Source of the DNA: Candidatus Heimdallarchaeota archaeon
Lineage (GTDB): Archaea > Asgardarchaeota > Heimdallarchaeia > Heimdallarchaeales > Heimdallarchaeaceae
Direction of reading: 5' to 3'
Assembly: GCA_018238545.1 (NCBI GenBank)
Contig: JABCTC010000036.1
Span: 1 to 34,972 of the forward strand
Length of the DNA: 34,972 bases
Below are positions 26,672 to 34,972 of this stretch, in pieces. The notes beneath the pieces were generated by a model. It was not told where the DNA came from. It was given only the letters and a program-made list of their open reading frames with translations, and did not search any database. Numbering within the stretch: position 1 is the stretch's first letter; the number at the start of each line of letters is the position of its first letter. Position numbers and translations under genes: made by a program.

Positions 26672-26830
26672 ATGGCTAAAGAGTGTCCCAAGTGTCATAG
26701 TAAAAATCTCAAAGAAGTAGAGGATAAAACTAAAGTGATCGCATATTTCAACCATCAACCTATCTATAGAAAGAAAGCTGTTTGTCGAGATTGCACTTAT
26801 GAATGGTTCCCTGAAGGTGGAGCAGAGTAA
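26672..26830 (+). CDS. 52-aa zinc-ribbon protein (absent from the ORF track)
   Basis: MAKECPKCHSKNLKEVEDKTKVIAYFNHQPIYRKKAVCRDCTYEWFPEGGAE; two CxxC; AGGTGA Shine-Dalgarno-like motif upstream. Confidence 0.8.
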   Translation: MAKECPKCHSKNLKEVEDKTKVIAYFNHQPIYRKKAVCRDCTYEWFPEGGAE

Positions 26831-26929
26831 GCTAAGTCAGATCATGTTTTTAATTTTCTCCACTTTTACTTCCTCCTTCCTTTTAAACGATGTTGTACTC
26901 ATATTTCACACACATTGTAGGGATAAACA

Positions 26930-28024
26930 ATGAAGATAACTACTTTTCTTAAGAAATATCTATTCAGAATATTAGTCGTTCTTCTCATGCTAGGAGCATT
27001 AACGTTCTTCTTTGTAGACCTAGCACAGAGAGACCAGCTAGGAGAAGCTTTTTCACGTTTCTTAACAGCAAATATACTATATTTAGTATTGGCAGCTCTA
27101 CTAATGTTAGTAAGTATGATAATCAAAGCTTACAGGTTCTTCATTCTTATTAAGCCATCAAATCCTGAACTTAAATTTCACAAGTTTCTACTGCCATTTT
27201 TCCTTGGCTATGGTTTTAGCACCTTAGGACCGTTGAAATCTGGAGAGATTGCTAGTGTTGAAATCAATAAAAGATCATTATCTGTTCCCCGCTCATCATC
27301 ATTAGCAGCAATAGCATTTTTCCGAGTATTTGATTTATTCGTTGTTCTTATACTGTTTATTATTGGTTTAGGAACAACAATTCCTAGAATCGTCGTAGAG
27401 GAGCAATACACAATTGCTCTAAATATCGTTTTCTATATCGCTTTAACAGGGATAATTATCCTATCTATTTTACTCTTCTTCCCTCCAGTTGGAAGATTGT
27501 TCTTGCGTGGAGTAAAAGCAGTTGTAGGAAAGATATCTCAGAAGGGAGAAAAATGGTTAGCTGCTGTAATAGATCCAGCACTTGAAAACTACTATACTTC
27601 TCTGCAATATCTTTACAAAAAAGTTTTCTTAGCTGTTTTAGTTGTTGTCACTACACTAATCAGATGGTTTCTAGAATTTCTTTCCTTTAAATTAACTATT
27701 ATGGCATTTGGTGAAAATATCACTCTTTTAGATGCAGCGGCCATTTCTTCTATTACACTTTTTGTTGGAATATTAACATTAGTTCCAGCTGGTTTAGGTA
27801 CAGGAACACTTACCACACAATACCTTCTAGAACAACTGTCTATAGCACCTGCAATTGCAGCAGCATCGGTAATCTTTCAAACCATTGTTGGAACTGGAAT
27901 AACGCTATCTATTGCAGCTATTTCCTCATTCTTTGTGAAGGAACAAAAGGAGAGCAAATCACAAAAATCAGAAAAAGAAAGTGAAACAGAAGAAGCTGTT
28001 CCTTTAGACAAAAATAATAATTAA
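26930..28024 (+). CDS. UPF0104 / lysylphosphatidylglycerol-synthase TM domain flippase-like membrane protein
   Basis: About 8 TMs; AYRF, GPLKSGE, RVFDL, VPAGLG motifs. Confidence 0.8.
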   Translation: MKITTFLKKYLFRILVVLLMLGALTFFFVDLAQRDQLGEAFSRFLTANILYLVLAALLMLVSMIIKAYRFFILIKPSNPELKFHKFLLPFFLGYGFSTLGPLKSGEIASVEINKRSLSVPRSSSLAAIAFFRVFDLFVVLILFIIGLGTTIPRIVVEEQYTIALNIVFYIALTGIIILSILLFFPPVGRLFLRGVKAVVGKISQKGEKWLAAVIDPALENYYTSLQYLYKKVFLAVLVVVTTLIRWFLEFLSFKLTIMAFGENITLLDAAAISSITLFVGILTLVPAGLGTGTLTTQYLLEQLSIAPAIAAASVIFQTIVGTGITLSIAAISSFFVKEQKESKSQKSEKESETEEAVPLDKNNN

Positions 28025-28747
28025 TCATATCCCTCTTTTTAAACGGTTTATCAAAAACGGGTGAAACAGCAATTCTTCCATTTTTTTGCAGGTTGTTTCT
28101 ACATCATATTCTAATCTAACGTGTTCATATTCAAAATTCTTGCTCTCTTCATTTATTTTGAAAGTCATGAAGGAAGCTCTTGGATCATTATCTCTAGGTT
28201 GACCTACAGAACCAGGATTGAAAAGATGCTTTTTCTCATTTACAATGTGTAATGGTTTGTGAGTGTGCCCTACGAATAGAAAATCTATTTCTGTAAACTC
28301 TCTTGTAATCTCAAAGAACATATTGTATGACCATGAAGGTAAATTTGGAGAAACATAATCTCGTAAAGGTTCTCTTGGAGAACCATGAACAAACATTGCA
28401 TTTCCTTCAGAAATGAAAAGTGGAAATATTGAAAACAATGGGTGAGAGCCGAGAAGTTGAATTTCTTGCTCTGATAGTTGTTCTTTTGTCCACAGAAGCG
28501 ATAGTTTTGGAAGTGGATTAAAATGGATGAAATTATTAGTGAAAAGAGCATAATCGTGGTTACCTACTACATGGATTTGTGACATACTCTCAACAACTTC
28601 TACACATTCCTTTGGGTTGGGTCCGTACCCAACTGTGTCACCCAAGTAAATAGTAATATCGGCCGATAAATCTTTAATTTGATCACTAACTACATTTAGA
28701 GCTTCAAGATTTGCATGCACGTCAGAGAATATAGCAAGGGTAATCAT
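28025..28747 (-). CDS. Metallophosphoesterase (YfcE/MJ0912-like)
   Basis: SDVHAN, GDTVGYGP, GNHD, HGSP, GHTH, NPGSVGQPRDNDPRAS. Confidence 0.9.
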   Translation of the reverse strand: MITLAIFSDVHANLEALNVVSDQIKDLSADITIYLGDTVGYGPNPKECVEVVESMSQIHVVGNHDYALFTNNFIHFNPLPKLSLLWTKEQLSEQEIQLLGSHPLFSIFPLFISEGNAMFVHGSPREPLRDYVSPNLPSWSYNMFFEITREFTEIDFLFVGHTHKPLHIVNEKKHLFNPGSVGQPRDNDPRASFMTFKINEESKNFEYEHVRLEYDVETTCKKMEELLFHPFLINRLKRGI

Positions 28748-28827
28748 TAGTAACTCTTAACCATGGTTCACCTTTGAAGTATAATAATATTTTTCAGTAA
28801 AAGAAAAAGGAAGGGATTAGTTGAAGA

Positions 28828-29760
28828 TTATTTAGATCTCCACTGTTTTTCCATTTCGACTATTTTGTCTGATACAATCGTTTGTATCTTTTGTGGTGCT
28901 ACTTCAAATGATACGTTTGTTGCTCCAAAACTCAGAATTTCCCCTTCAAGCTCTATGGGTAGAGGTTTTGACATCTCCAATGTAACTTTTTTAGCTCGAA
29001 GATAATAAACACCTTCTCTTCCAAGATGTTTTCCCGGTTTTAACGAATTCAGGAGATTTATTTGACTGAGTTTTTTAATGTCCCTTGCATAAAGAACTGC
29101 AAAGTCATCCATAAAATGATAGTTTTCAGGTAATATATTAAAACCTCCACCAAATCTACTTCCTGGACCAACGGCCAGAATCACTAAACCAACATCTTCT
29201 AACAATTGATCATCAATTGTTAAAACTGATTTAACTAATCGATATTGGAGAAGTTTCTTAAAAGCTAAATAATAATATTTCAAAAAACCTTTTAACAACT
29301 TAGCTTCTGTGAAGGAAGCAACTGATACAGTTGCCCCTACACCAGTATCTGCAACGTTTACAAAATACCTTTTTTCACCATTGGTTTCTGCAATTCCAAC
29401 AGTTACGCCAATTGTTTTACCTGCTTCAAGTATATCAAGACTTCTTTTGAAATCATCATCAAAATCTAAGCTTATAGCAAAATCGTTACCATTTCCAAGA
29501 GGGATGAGACCGAATGTTTTATCAGTACCATACAAACCATTAGTAACTTCATTTATTGTTCCATCTCCACCAACAGCAACAACACAATCAAAGTCCTTTT
29601 CCATCTCTTTTACAATTTCCATTGCATGGCCTTGGTGTTGAGTGTATACAGACTTATGGTCTAGTCCTCTTCTCAATATCTCCTCCTCAACCTTTGGCCA
29701 CATTTTTCCAATTCCACCATTACGAGCGTTTGGATTTATAACGAACAAATAAGTTGTCAT
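28828..29760 (-). CDS. Diacylglycerol/sphingosine kinase family lipid kinase (YegS/DgkB-like)
   Basis: INPNAR, GGDGTINEV, PLGNGNDFA, YFVNVADTG, FGGGF, ELEGE. Confidence 0.9.
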   Translation of the reverse strand: MTTYLFVINPNARNGGIGKMWPKVEEEILRRGLDHKSVYTQHQGHAMEIVKEMEKDFDCVVAVGGDGTINEVTNGLYGTDKTFGLIPLGNGNDFAISLDFDDDFKRSLDILEAGKTIGVTVGIAETNGEKRYFVNVADTGVGATVSVASFTEAKLLKGFLKYYYLAFKKLLQYRLVKSVLTIDDQLLEDVGLVILAVGPGSRFGGGFNILPENYHFMDDFAVLYARDIKKLSQINLLNSLKPGKHLGREGVYYLRAKKVTLEMSKPLPIELEGEILSFGATNVSFEVAPQKIQTIVSDKIVEMEKQWRSK

Positions 29761-29812
29761 AATATAGGAATTCTGTGCCTTTATTTAAATATTCATGCGA
29801 AAAATAAGAAAT

Positions 29813-29901
29813 TGGAGCCTCAGAGGGGACTTGAACCCCTGCCCTGTGACTTTCTCGATAGTTTACGAGATCACTGCTCTGGCGAACTGAGCTACCGAGG
29901 C
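29813..29901 (-). tRNA. tRNA-Thr(CGT) with 12-nt intron at 37/38 (intron 29852-29863), CCA encoded
   Basis: GCCTCGG/CTGAGGC acceptor stem, U discriminator; GTGAT-CTCGTA[AACTATCGAGAA]A-GTCAC; CTCG/CGAG central helix with 3-nt bulges (BHB). Confidence 0.92.
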
Positions 29902-30050
29902 ATTATTTATCCATTTCTTCAGATAAATTTAAAGATTTTATGTCTAGGTTTATTTTTGTCGATTTAAATCTAATCTATTTATTACATTGTGAGAGTTAGA
30001 GAAAGAATCTCACATAAAATGAAAAAAGTAACGACAATTTCGTCTATTTC

Positions 30051-31277
30051 TTACTTCTCCATTGGAAATGCGGCATAGCCCCTAAACTCTATCCAGTCCT
30101 GTAGTTTATCTTCAATTATTTCTTGTATTGCATCTTGGTCTAGATCCTTAGCCATGCTTTCATCTGTTGTTAGCATTGCCATGATATAACGTTCGCCACT
30201 GAATTTCAAGTCACGAAGAATGAAAATTTCATTTACATTATCATCTAGTGTATACCGTCGAATTCTGAGAAATGGTTCTCTTATATCAACAATTGATTCG
30301 ATTGCATCATAATAGGCATTATGGGCCAAATCTTCGAGCTCGTCTTCTTTTGCAAATCTAGCAAAACAGATATTGCTTCTGAAATCGTACAGTCCAAAGA
30401 AATCTGCATCTAATCCTTGTGCAACACTTTCTGTAGCTTCGTTTACTCCATCTTGTATTAAAGAAATCCCTCTAAATATGTGTGAGAATGCACCTAGAAT
30501 GGATGAACGAATTCTAACACTGGTTCTAAAGAAATCTGTTGCAGGATTAAAGTAAGGACATTTATCAGCCATATATTCAATAATTGAATTAAAAACCTCT
30601 GCGCTTTTATCGTCAATCTCATATTCAGGATCCGATTTATGGAAGAAAATTTTCCAAGGAACTTTAATTTTAAGATTGTTAGCTACATTAATAATCTGTT
30701 TTAAATATTCAAAACTTTCTTGGAATCTATCTTTAGCTTGTATATCAATCACATAGATTATTGTATCAGTTCCAACAAAATATTGCTGCGGATTTTCTAA
30801 ATAATCTTCACGGTAAATACTTTGCCCTCCTAACTCGTGAAGATGGACATCCATTCCAAAAACATCAATTTTGCTACGAAGAAGACCGCGGGTTGGTGTT
30901 AATCCATTTAATCTCTGGAATAAAGAGGATAATGCACCCCTATGTTTTAACGCGATTGAAAGAGAAGTTTTCCCAGCATTGTCAATACCAACCATGATAA
31001 TTTTTGCACCAGTAGTGACCTTTTCTGTTTCCTCAACTAATAAAAGTCTACTAGCAGCTATCCAACTATTTATTCTTTCTTTGGGGACTTTTTTAGCCAT
31101 TTTAGCATATTGATCACTCCATTTAGTAGAGAGGTTCTCAATTGTGTCTAAACCCAATTCCTTCAGAAGTTTAGATTCTTCTTCTGTTATATCTAATAGA
31201 GCTACAACTGGAAAGTTCCTAAGATCTTCTTTGTCTTTATATTCATCTTTTAGCAATTTGTCTTTTAGTTCAGACAT
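30051..31277 (-). CDS. Arf/Rag-like small GTPase with N-terminal HhH-like domain and C-terminal roadblock/longin-like domain
   Basis: G1 GIDNAGKTS, G2 PTRG, G3 ELGGQ, G4 HKSD, G5 TSV. Confidence 0.85.
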   Translation of the reverse strand: MSELKDKLLKDEYKDKEDLRNFPVVALLDITEEESKLLKELGLDTIENLSTKWSDQYAKMAKKVPKERINSWIAASRLLLVEETEKVTTGAKIIMVGIDNAGKTSLSIALKHRGALSSLFQRLNGLTPTRGLLRSKIDVFGMDVHLHELGGQSIYREDYLENPQQYFVGTDTIIYVIDIQAKDRFQESFEYLKQIINVANNLKIKVPWKIFFHKSDPEYEIDDKSAEVFNSIIEYMADKCPYFNPATDFFRTSVRIRSSILGAFSHIFRGISLIQDGVNEATESVAQGLDADFFGLYDFRSNICFARFAKEDELEDLAHNAYYDAIESIVDIREPFLRIRRYTLDDNVNEIFILRDLKFSGERYIMAMLTTDESMAKDLDQDAIQEIIEDKLQDWIEFRGYAAFPMEK

Positions 31278-31454
31278 TTTTTTCTTCTCCAGAGTTAGAT
31301 AAAGGTATTTTATTATCCTCTTGGATATATATTCACTCTGTCAAATAAGTATTTTGTTAACGCTAGTAGAAAACTAACTAATAATTTCTATATACATAAA
31401 TAAAATTTAAAAAGGCAAAAGTTAGCGCTTATTTAATCTAATGGAGTATTCAAA

Positions 31455-33482
31455 ATGCGAACACACAAAGTCAAAGGACTTATATTTCTATCTACAATCA
31501 TGTTAGGCTTCGTTCTTACAAGCTTCTTCGGAGCTTCTATGTCAATTACAAGCCCTAATAGCGCATCACAACTTGATCAAACAATCACAGAAGATTTGGT
31601 TTTCTTAAATAGCACATCTCCAATTATTGATGGAAACTTAACAAGTTTTGAAGGAGAATGGGAAAATGCTACAATATATAATACCGAATTTGGTTCAGGA
31701 AATAAAGCTTTGACTATACGTGTGTTAGCAAATGAAACACACTTGTTTATGGGTATAAATTATGTAAGCTCAATATTCATACCTGTCAATGAAACCATTC
31801 CAATAGATGAAGACTTCAATAACGAAACTCATACTTGGTATACAATTGTTTTTGATAGAAATTATGACGGTGTTGCTGGTTCAGAATTAACTCCAGATGA
31901 CGCTATAGTGATAAATTATCGAGTAGAAGGAGCACAGGATGCTTACATCAATGGCACAAAATTAAATTCTATTGCAATGGATGTAGATATTTCAGGAATA
32001 GAAAATTCTTATGCAAATGTTAGTGAGTACGAAGATGATTTTTATAATCATGTAGTTACAATTGAAGTTGTAAAAGAACTTGAATCTAATGATGAAATAG
32101 GGAATGATATTGACTTACACGCAAGTGAATCAATTTTCTTTGCCATAATAGTAGCCGAAAATGCAACAGCAATATATAATCGCACATTATTAGGAGAAAT
32201 AGATGCATTCACACCATGGAAAAAAATTCAATTTGTTACTTTGCATGATTATTTTTCATATGTAGAAGATGTATCAGATCTAGACGTATTAATATTTATT
32301 TCAGAATCAGAAGCATCAAATTATGATAATCTAAGCAGCATTGTCGTATTCTTACTAAATTATGGTGCAAATGTAACATTTAATTTTGATCATCTTGATC
32401 ACGACATTAACTATCGTAGTTTATCTCATCTAGATCTTTTAATCCTCGTTGGAGCGCACCCCAATTTAAGTGTAGACGAAATAGAAGCAATCGCACTCTA
32501 TATTGCTTCTGGTGGAAGTGTATATATTCTCGCAGACCCTGTCAGTAAAAACGGAAAATTGAATCAATTACTGTCTAAATTCGGAATGGAAGTATATAGT
32601 TCATACCTATACTCTACAGATACTGCAATTAACTCTTCTATTAAGATTGATTCATCCGATATCGAATCTCTACCTTATATGATGGGCACAAATATCTTTA
32701 CTGATCAAATTGTGGATGAAATTTTATACACAGGAACAGCTATTAACTTCACATCTACACTTGGTGAAGGCAAGTTCATGTCCCAAGAAGGTGATCTTTA
32801 TCCGATCATAAATCTTACTGGAGACTATTACATAGATGTTGATGATAACGGTGAGTTCAATGCAGAAGATATTGAGCTTAATGATACAATTGTTCAAGCA
32901 GGTCTAGAACTTCAAAGAGGAGGCAGACTCATAGTTACTAGTTCTGCTGATCTGTTGAATGCAAGTTACATTGCAGAAAGCGATAACAAAATATTCTTTT
33001 TGAGGCAAATCCAATGGTTGATGAAACTTCAAAACGCTATAAATTTTGAAAACTATGTTGTTGAAGAGATTAATATTATAGAGGGTGAAGCAATAAGCGT
33101 TAGTGTTGAAGTTCGAGGAGATAATGAAACCGTTTTAACTGACCTTAGAGCCTGGGTAGTTGTACAGGAATTAAAATCAGATAAAAACAATGTTACTCTC
33201 ACTATGCATGAAGACAAAATTAATTTCAACGGAACTATCACTTCCGAAGATATAAAAGCCAATTTTGTTGATGTTAGCATTAGACTGCATCAAAGAGGTT
33301 ACGGCTATAATGAAACAGAACTAGTTGAAGTATTTCTAGAAGCAATTATAGGAAGACCTATCAGTATTGAAGTAACTGCAACAATTATATTTGTAATCTC
33401 AATCGGTTTAGCAGTTTTAGGAGCTTTTGCTATTAAAAAATATAAAAAACCAGAAGTGGAAAAAATAGAAAAAGGAAAGTAA
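31455..33482 (+). CDS. Secreted, C-terminally anchored surface protein with DOMON/CBM9-like and GIFT (GldG/IFT52)-like domains
   Basis: Signal peptide; PIIDGNL...EWENA; LDLLILVGAHPNLSVDEIEAIALYIASGGSVYILAD...LNQLLSKFGM...GGRLIVTSSADLL; C-terminal TM plus Lys-rich tail. Confidence 0.7.
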   Translation: MRTHKVKGLIFLSTIMLGFVLTSFFGASMSITSPNSASQLDQTITEDLVFLNSTSPIIDGNLTSFEGEWENATIYNTEFGSGNKALTIRVLANETHLFMGINYVSSIFIPVNETIPIDEDFNNETHTWYTIVFDRNYDGVAGSELTPDDAIVINYRVEGAQDAYINGTKLNSIAMDVDISGIENSYANVSEYEDDFYNHVVTIEVVKELESNDEIGNDIDLHASESIFFAIIVAENATAIYNRTLLGEIDAFTPWKKIQFVTLHDYFSYVEDVSDLDVLIFISESEASNYDNLSSIVVFLLNYGANVTFNFDHLDHDINYRSLSHLDLLILVGAHPNLSVDEIEAIALYIASGGSVYILADPVSKNGKLNQLLSKFGMEVYSSYLYSTDTAINSSIKIDSSDIESLPYMMGTNIFTDQIVDEILYTGTAINFTSTLGEGKFMSQEGDLYPIINLTGDYYIDVDDNGEFNAEDIELNDTIVQAGLELQRGGRLIVTSSADLLNASYIAESDNKIFFLRQIQWLMKLQNAINFENYVVEEINIIEGEAISVSVEVRGDNETVLTDLRAWVVVQELKSDKNNVTLTMHEDKINFNGTITSEDIKANFVDVSIRLHQRGYGYNETELVEVFLEAIIGRPISIEVTATIIFVISIGLAVLGAFAIKKYKKPEVEKIEKGK

Positions 33483-33580
33483 TCCACTTCTTTCATTCTA
33501 TTTTCTAGAAAAATGTATCAAGGCAATTTTCATAAGGGTATCATGAGATAGTATCACAGTAATATCTTTGGTGAAAAACA

Positions 33581-34039
33581 GTGCATAAAGGCTTTTTAAT
33601 AAAAAAACTGACGATGGAAGAAGTAAAATCAAGAGCACTTGATATACCAGAGACAGATAGAGAGATGTTCCCAAAAGAGGGAGTAGTATTTTTTATGGAA
33701 TCATTTGAAGAATACTATGGATGTCATATTACACAAAGTAGAAGCATAACAGGACTAGATGAGTGGTTTGAAGGATATCCTGTCAAACAAAACGACACTA
33801 TAATCATATCGAAATATTCTGAAGGATATTACCTTGTACCGCTATCTGAAATAGTAGATCAACAACAGCATTTCAACCTAGAAATGGAGAGAATACTTTT
33901 GCTAGAGCCTGAGGATATTTTGTGTCCAAACTGTAGGTACAGGTTGGAACATGCGGGATTAGGATCAACGGAAGATTCATATATTTTAAAATGTGCGAGG
34001 TGTGGATTTACTTTAGTGAAGAAAAGTCATTTTGATTAA
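33581..34039 (+). CDS. Hypothetical protein with C-terminal zinc ribbon
   Basis: CPNC...CARCGF; GGTGA upstream of the GTG start. Confidence 0.7.
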   Translation: MHKGFLIKKLTMEEVKSRALDIPETDREMFPKEGVVFFMESFEEYYGCHITQSRSITGLDEWFEGYPVKQNDTIIISKYSEGYYLVPLSEIVDQQQHFNLEMERILLLEPEDILCPNCRYRLEHAGLGSTEDSYILKCARCGFTLVKKSHFD

Positions 34040-34179
34040 TTGAAGGGAAAATTACAGATTTTTACAAAAAAATCTATTCTTTATTCAGAGTGGATATCAG
34101 CGGCTTTTTCACTTATTTGTATATGAGTAAACATATCTATGTATTATGTGCCTTTTTGTGTATATCCTAACTTCTTCAT

Positions 34180-34800
34180 ATGAAACTTATGTTACATAAC
34201 TTGTGGATAGCTAAAGATACGGGTGAATGTCTTTTCCATAGAAAGTATGGTAGCATAGAACAAGATGAAAATTTAATCACGAGTTTCCTAAGTGCCATAG
34301 AGATTTTTGCTCAGAACATAGATAATGGATGCGATTTTCTTCAAACGTCCAGTTACAAATTCATCTACAAAACTGGAGAACAAACAGTTACAGTTGCATG
34401 TGTTGATAGCGAAGATGATGAAAGTATCATTCGTCAGGAGCTTGTAAAGATAGAGAAAGAATTCTATAGTAGATTCTCGCAAAATTTGAAGGAATGGAAT
34501 GGAAGAGTAGAGGGATTTGCTGATCTATCAGACTTTGTTGATAATCACCTGAAAAAATACAGTTCGCCCATCAGGAAATTAGCAGATACTAAATTAGAAT
34601 TAAACCCAATTGTTACAAAAGAGAATCTTAAGAGCATGTTTAGTCCACAACAGGAAAAAGTTATCTCTCTCTTGAAATATAAAGGGACAGCAACACTTCA
34701 TGATATTATCAAGCTTATGAAACTCTCAGAAACTGATGCTGAAAAAGCAGCAAAAGGACTCCTATACCACGATATCATAAGACAGATTCCAAGTGCATAA
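34180..34800 (+). CDS. Longin-like domain plus C-terminal winged helix
   Basis: NLWIAKDTGECLFHRKY...NLITSFLSAIEIFAQ...IEKEFYSRF; SPQQEKVISLLKYKGTATLHDIIKLMKLSETDAEKAAKGLLYHDII. Confidence 0.75.
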   Translation: MKLMLHNLWIAKDTGECLFHRKYGSIEQDENLITSFLSAIEIFAQNIDNGCDFLQTSSYKFIYKTGEQTVTVACVDSEDDESIIRQELVKIEKEFYSRFSQNLKEWNGRVEGFADLSDFVDNHLKKYSSPIRKLADTKLELNPIVTKENLKSMFSPQQEKVISLLKYKGTATLHDIIKLMKLSETDAEKAAKGLLYHDIIRQIPSA

Positions 34801-34809
34801 TATCAAGTA

Positions 34810-34916
34810 TCAACGCACGTCATGAAACTTGGTCAAACTTGCCAGAGGCGGTCTAACCGTCGTTTAAGTGGGGCCCCTCACGTGCGTTGAGGGGAAGAAT
34901 CATGAGGATCATGATT
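34810..34916. repeat. Cluster of inverted repeats in a GC-rich terminal segment
   Basis: TCAACGCACGT (34810-20) / ACGTGCGTTGA (34880-90); CCCCTCA (34874-80) / TGAGGGG (34888-94); AATCATGA (34898-905) / TCATGATT (34909-16). Confidence 0.7.
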
Positions 34917-34972
34917 GGGGAAGGAATGAAGGGAGTGCGCATTTACTCCGACAACATTTCCTGCCATTGCGC

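Noticed and set aside
2069-34482. Other short ORFs nested in or antisense to long genes (e.g. 2069, 3632, 5392, 6580, 8111, 8413, 9290, 12605, 12925, 18744, 19112, 22912, 23753, 23824, 24675, 26899, 27208, 27613, 28285, 29309, 29556, 30373, 30761, 30871, 33053, 33305, 34288)
   Set aside because: Overlap well-supported genes and carry no independent motifs.
34807-34817. GTATCAACGCA match to the SMART/ISPCR adapter
   Set aside because: Only 11 nt match and the flanks differ; most of it is also one arm of a local inverted repeat.
1-34972. CRISPR array, transposase, integrase or att-site duplication at the three tRNAs
   Set aside because: No regularly spaced repeats, recombinase motifs or duplicated tRNA 3' ends seen by eye.

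Overview
AT-rich (roughly one-third GC) chromosomal segment, most consistent with an Asgard archaeon (Heimdallarchaeia-like; inferred from a Rag/Arf-type GTPase, longin-like proteins, 20S proteasome subunits, Tsr3, a BHB-intron tRNA and an archaeal-type RNase P RNA). It holds about 30 CDS, three tRNAs (Arg-GCG, Arg-CCT, intron-containing Thr-CGT) and the RNase P RNA gene. No CRISPR array or recognisable transposase/integrase was seen. Highlights: (1) a single-pass membrane protein joining a large extracellular beta-rich region to a cytoplasmic Regnase/N4BP1-type NYN RNase, i.e. a candidate receptor ribonuclease; (2) an alpha-oxoamine synthase with serine-palmitoyltransferase-like motifs; (3) a coupled proteasome beta-alpha pair with a short alpha subunit, followed by a beta-CASP nuclease ending in a PCNA-binding PIP box; (4) bacillithiol genes bshA/bshC with a distant bshB candidate. 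Both ends look foreign: about 1-540 resembles Patescibacteria (CPR) DNA fused in frame into an archaeal surface-protein gene, and the last ~160 bp are GC-rich and hairpin-rich. All family assignments come from motif recognition by eye; no database searches were run.
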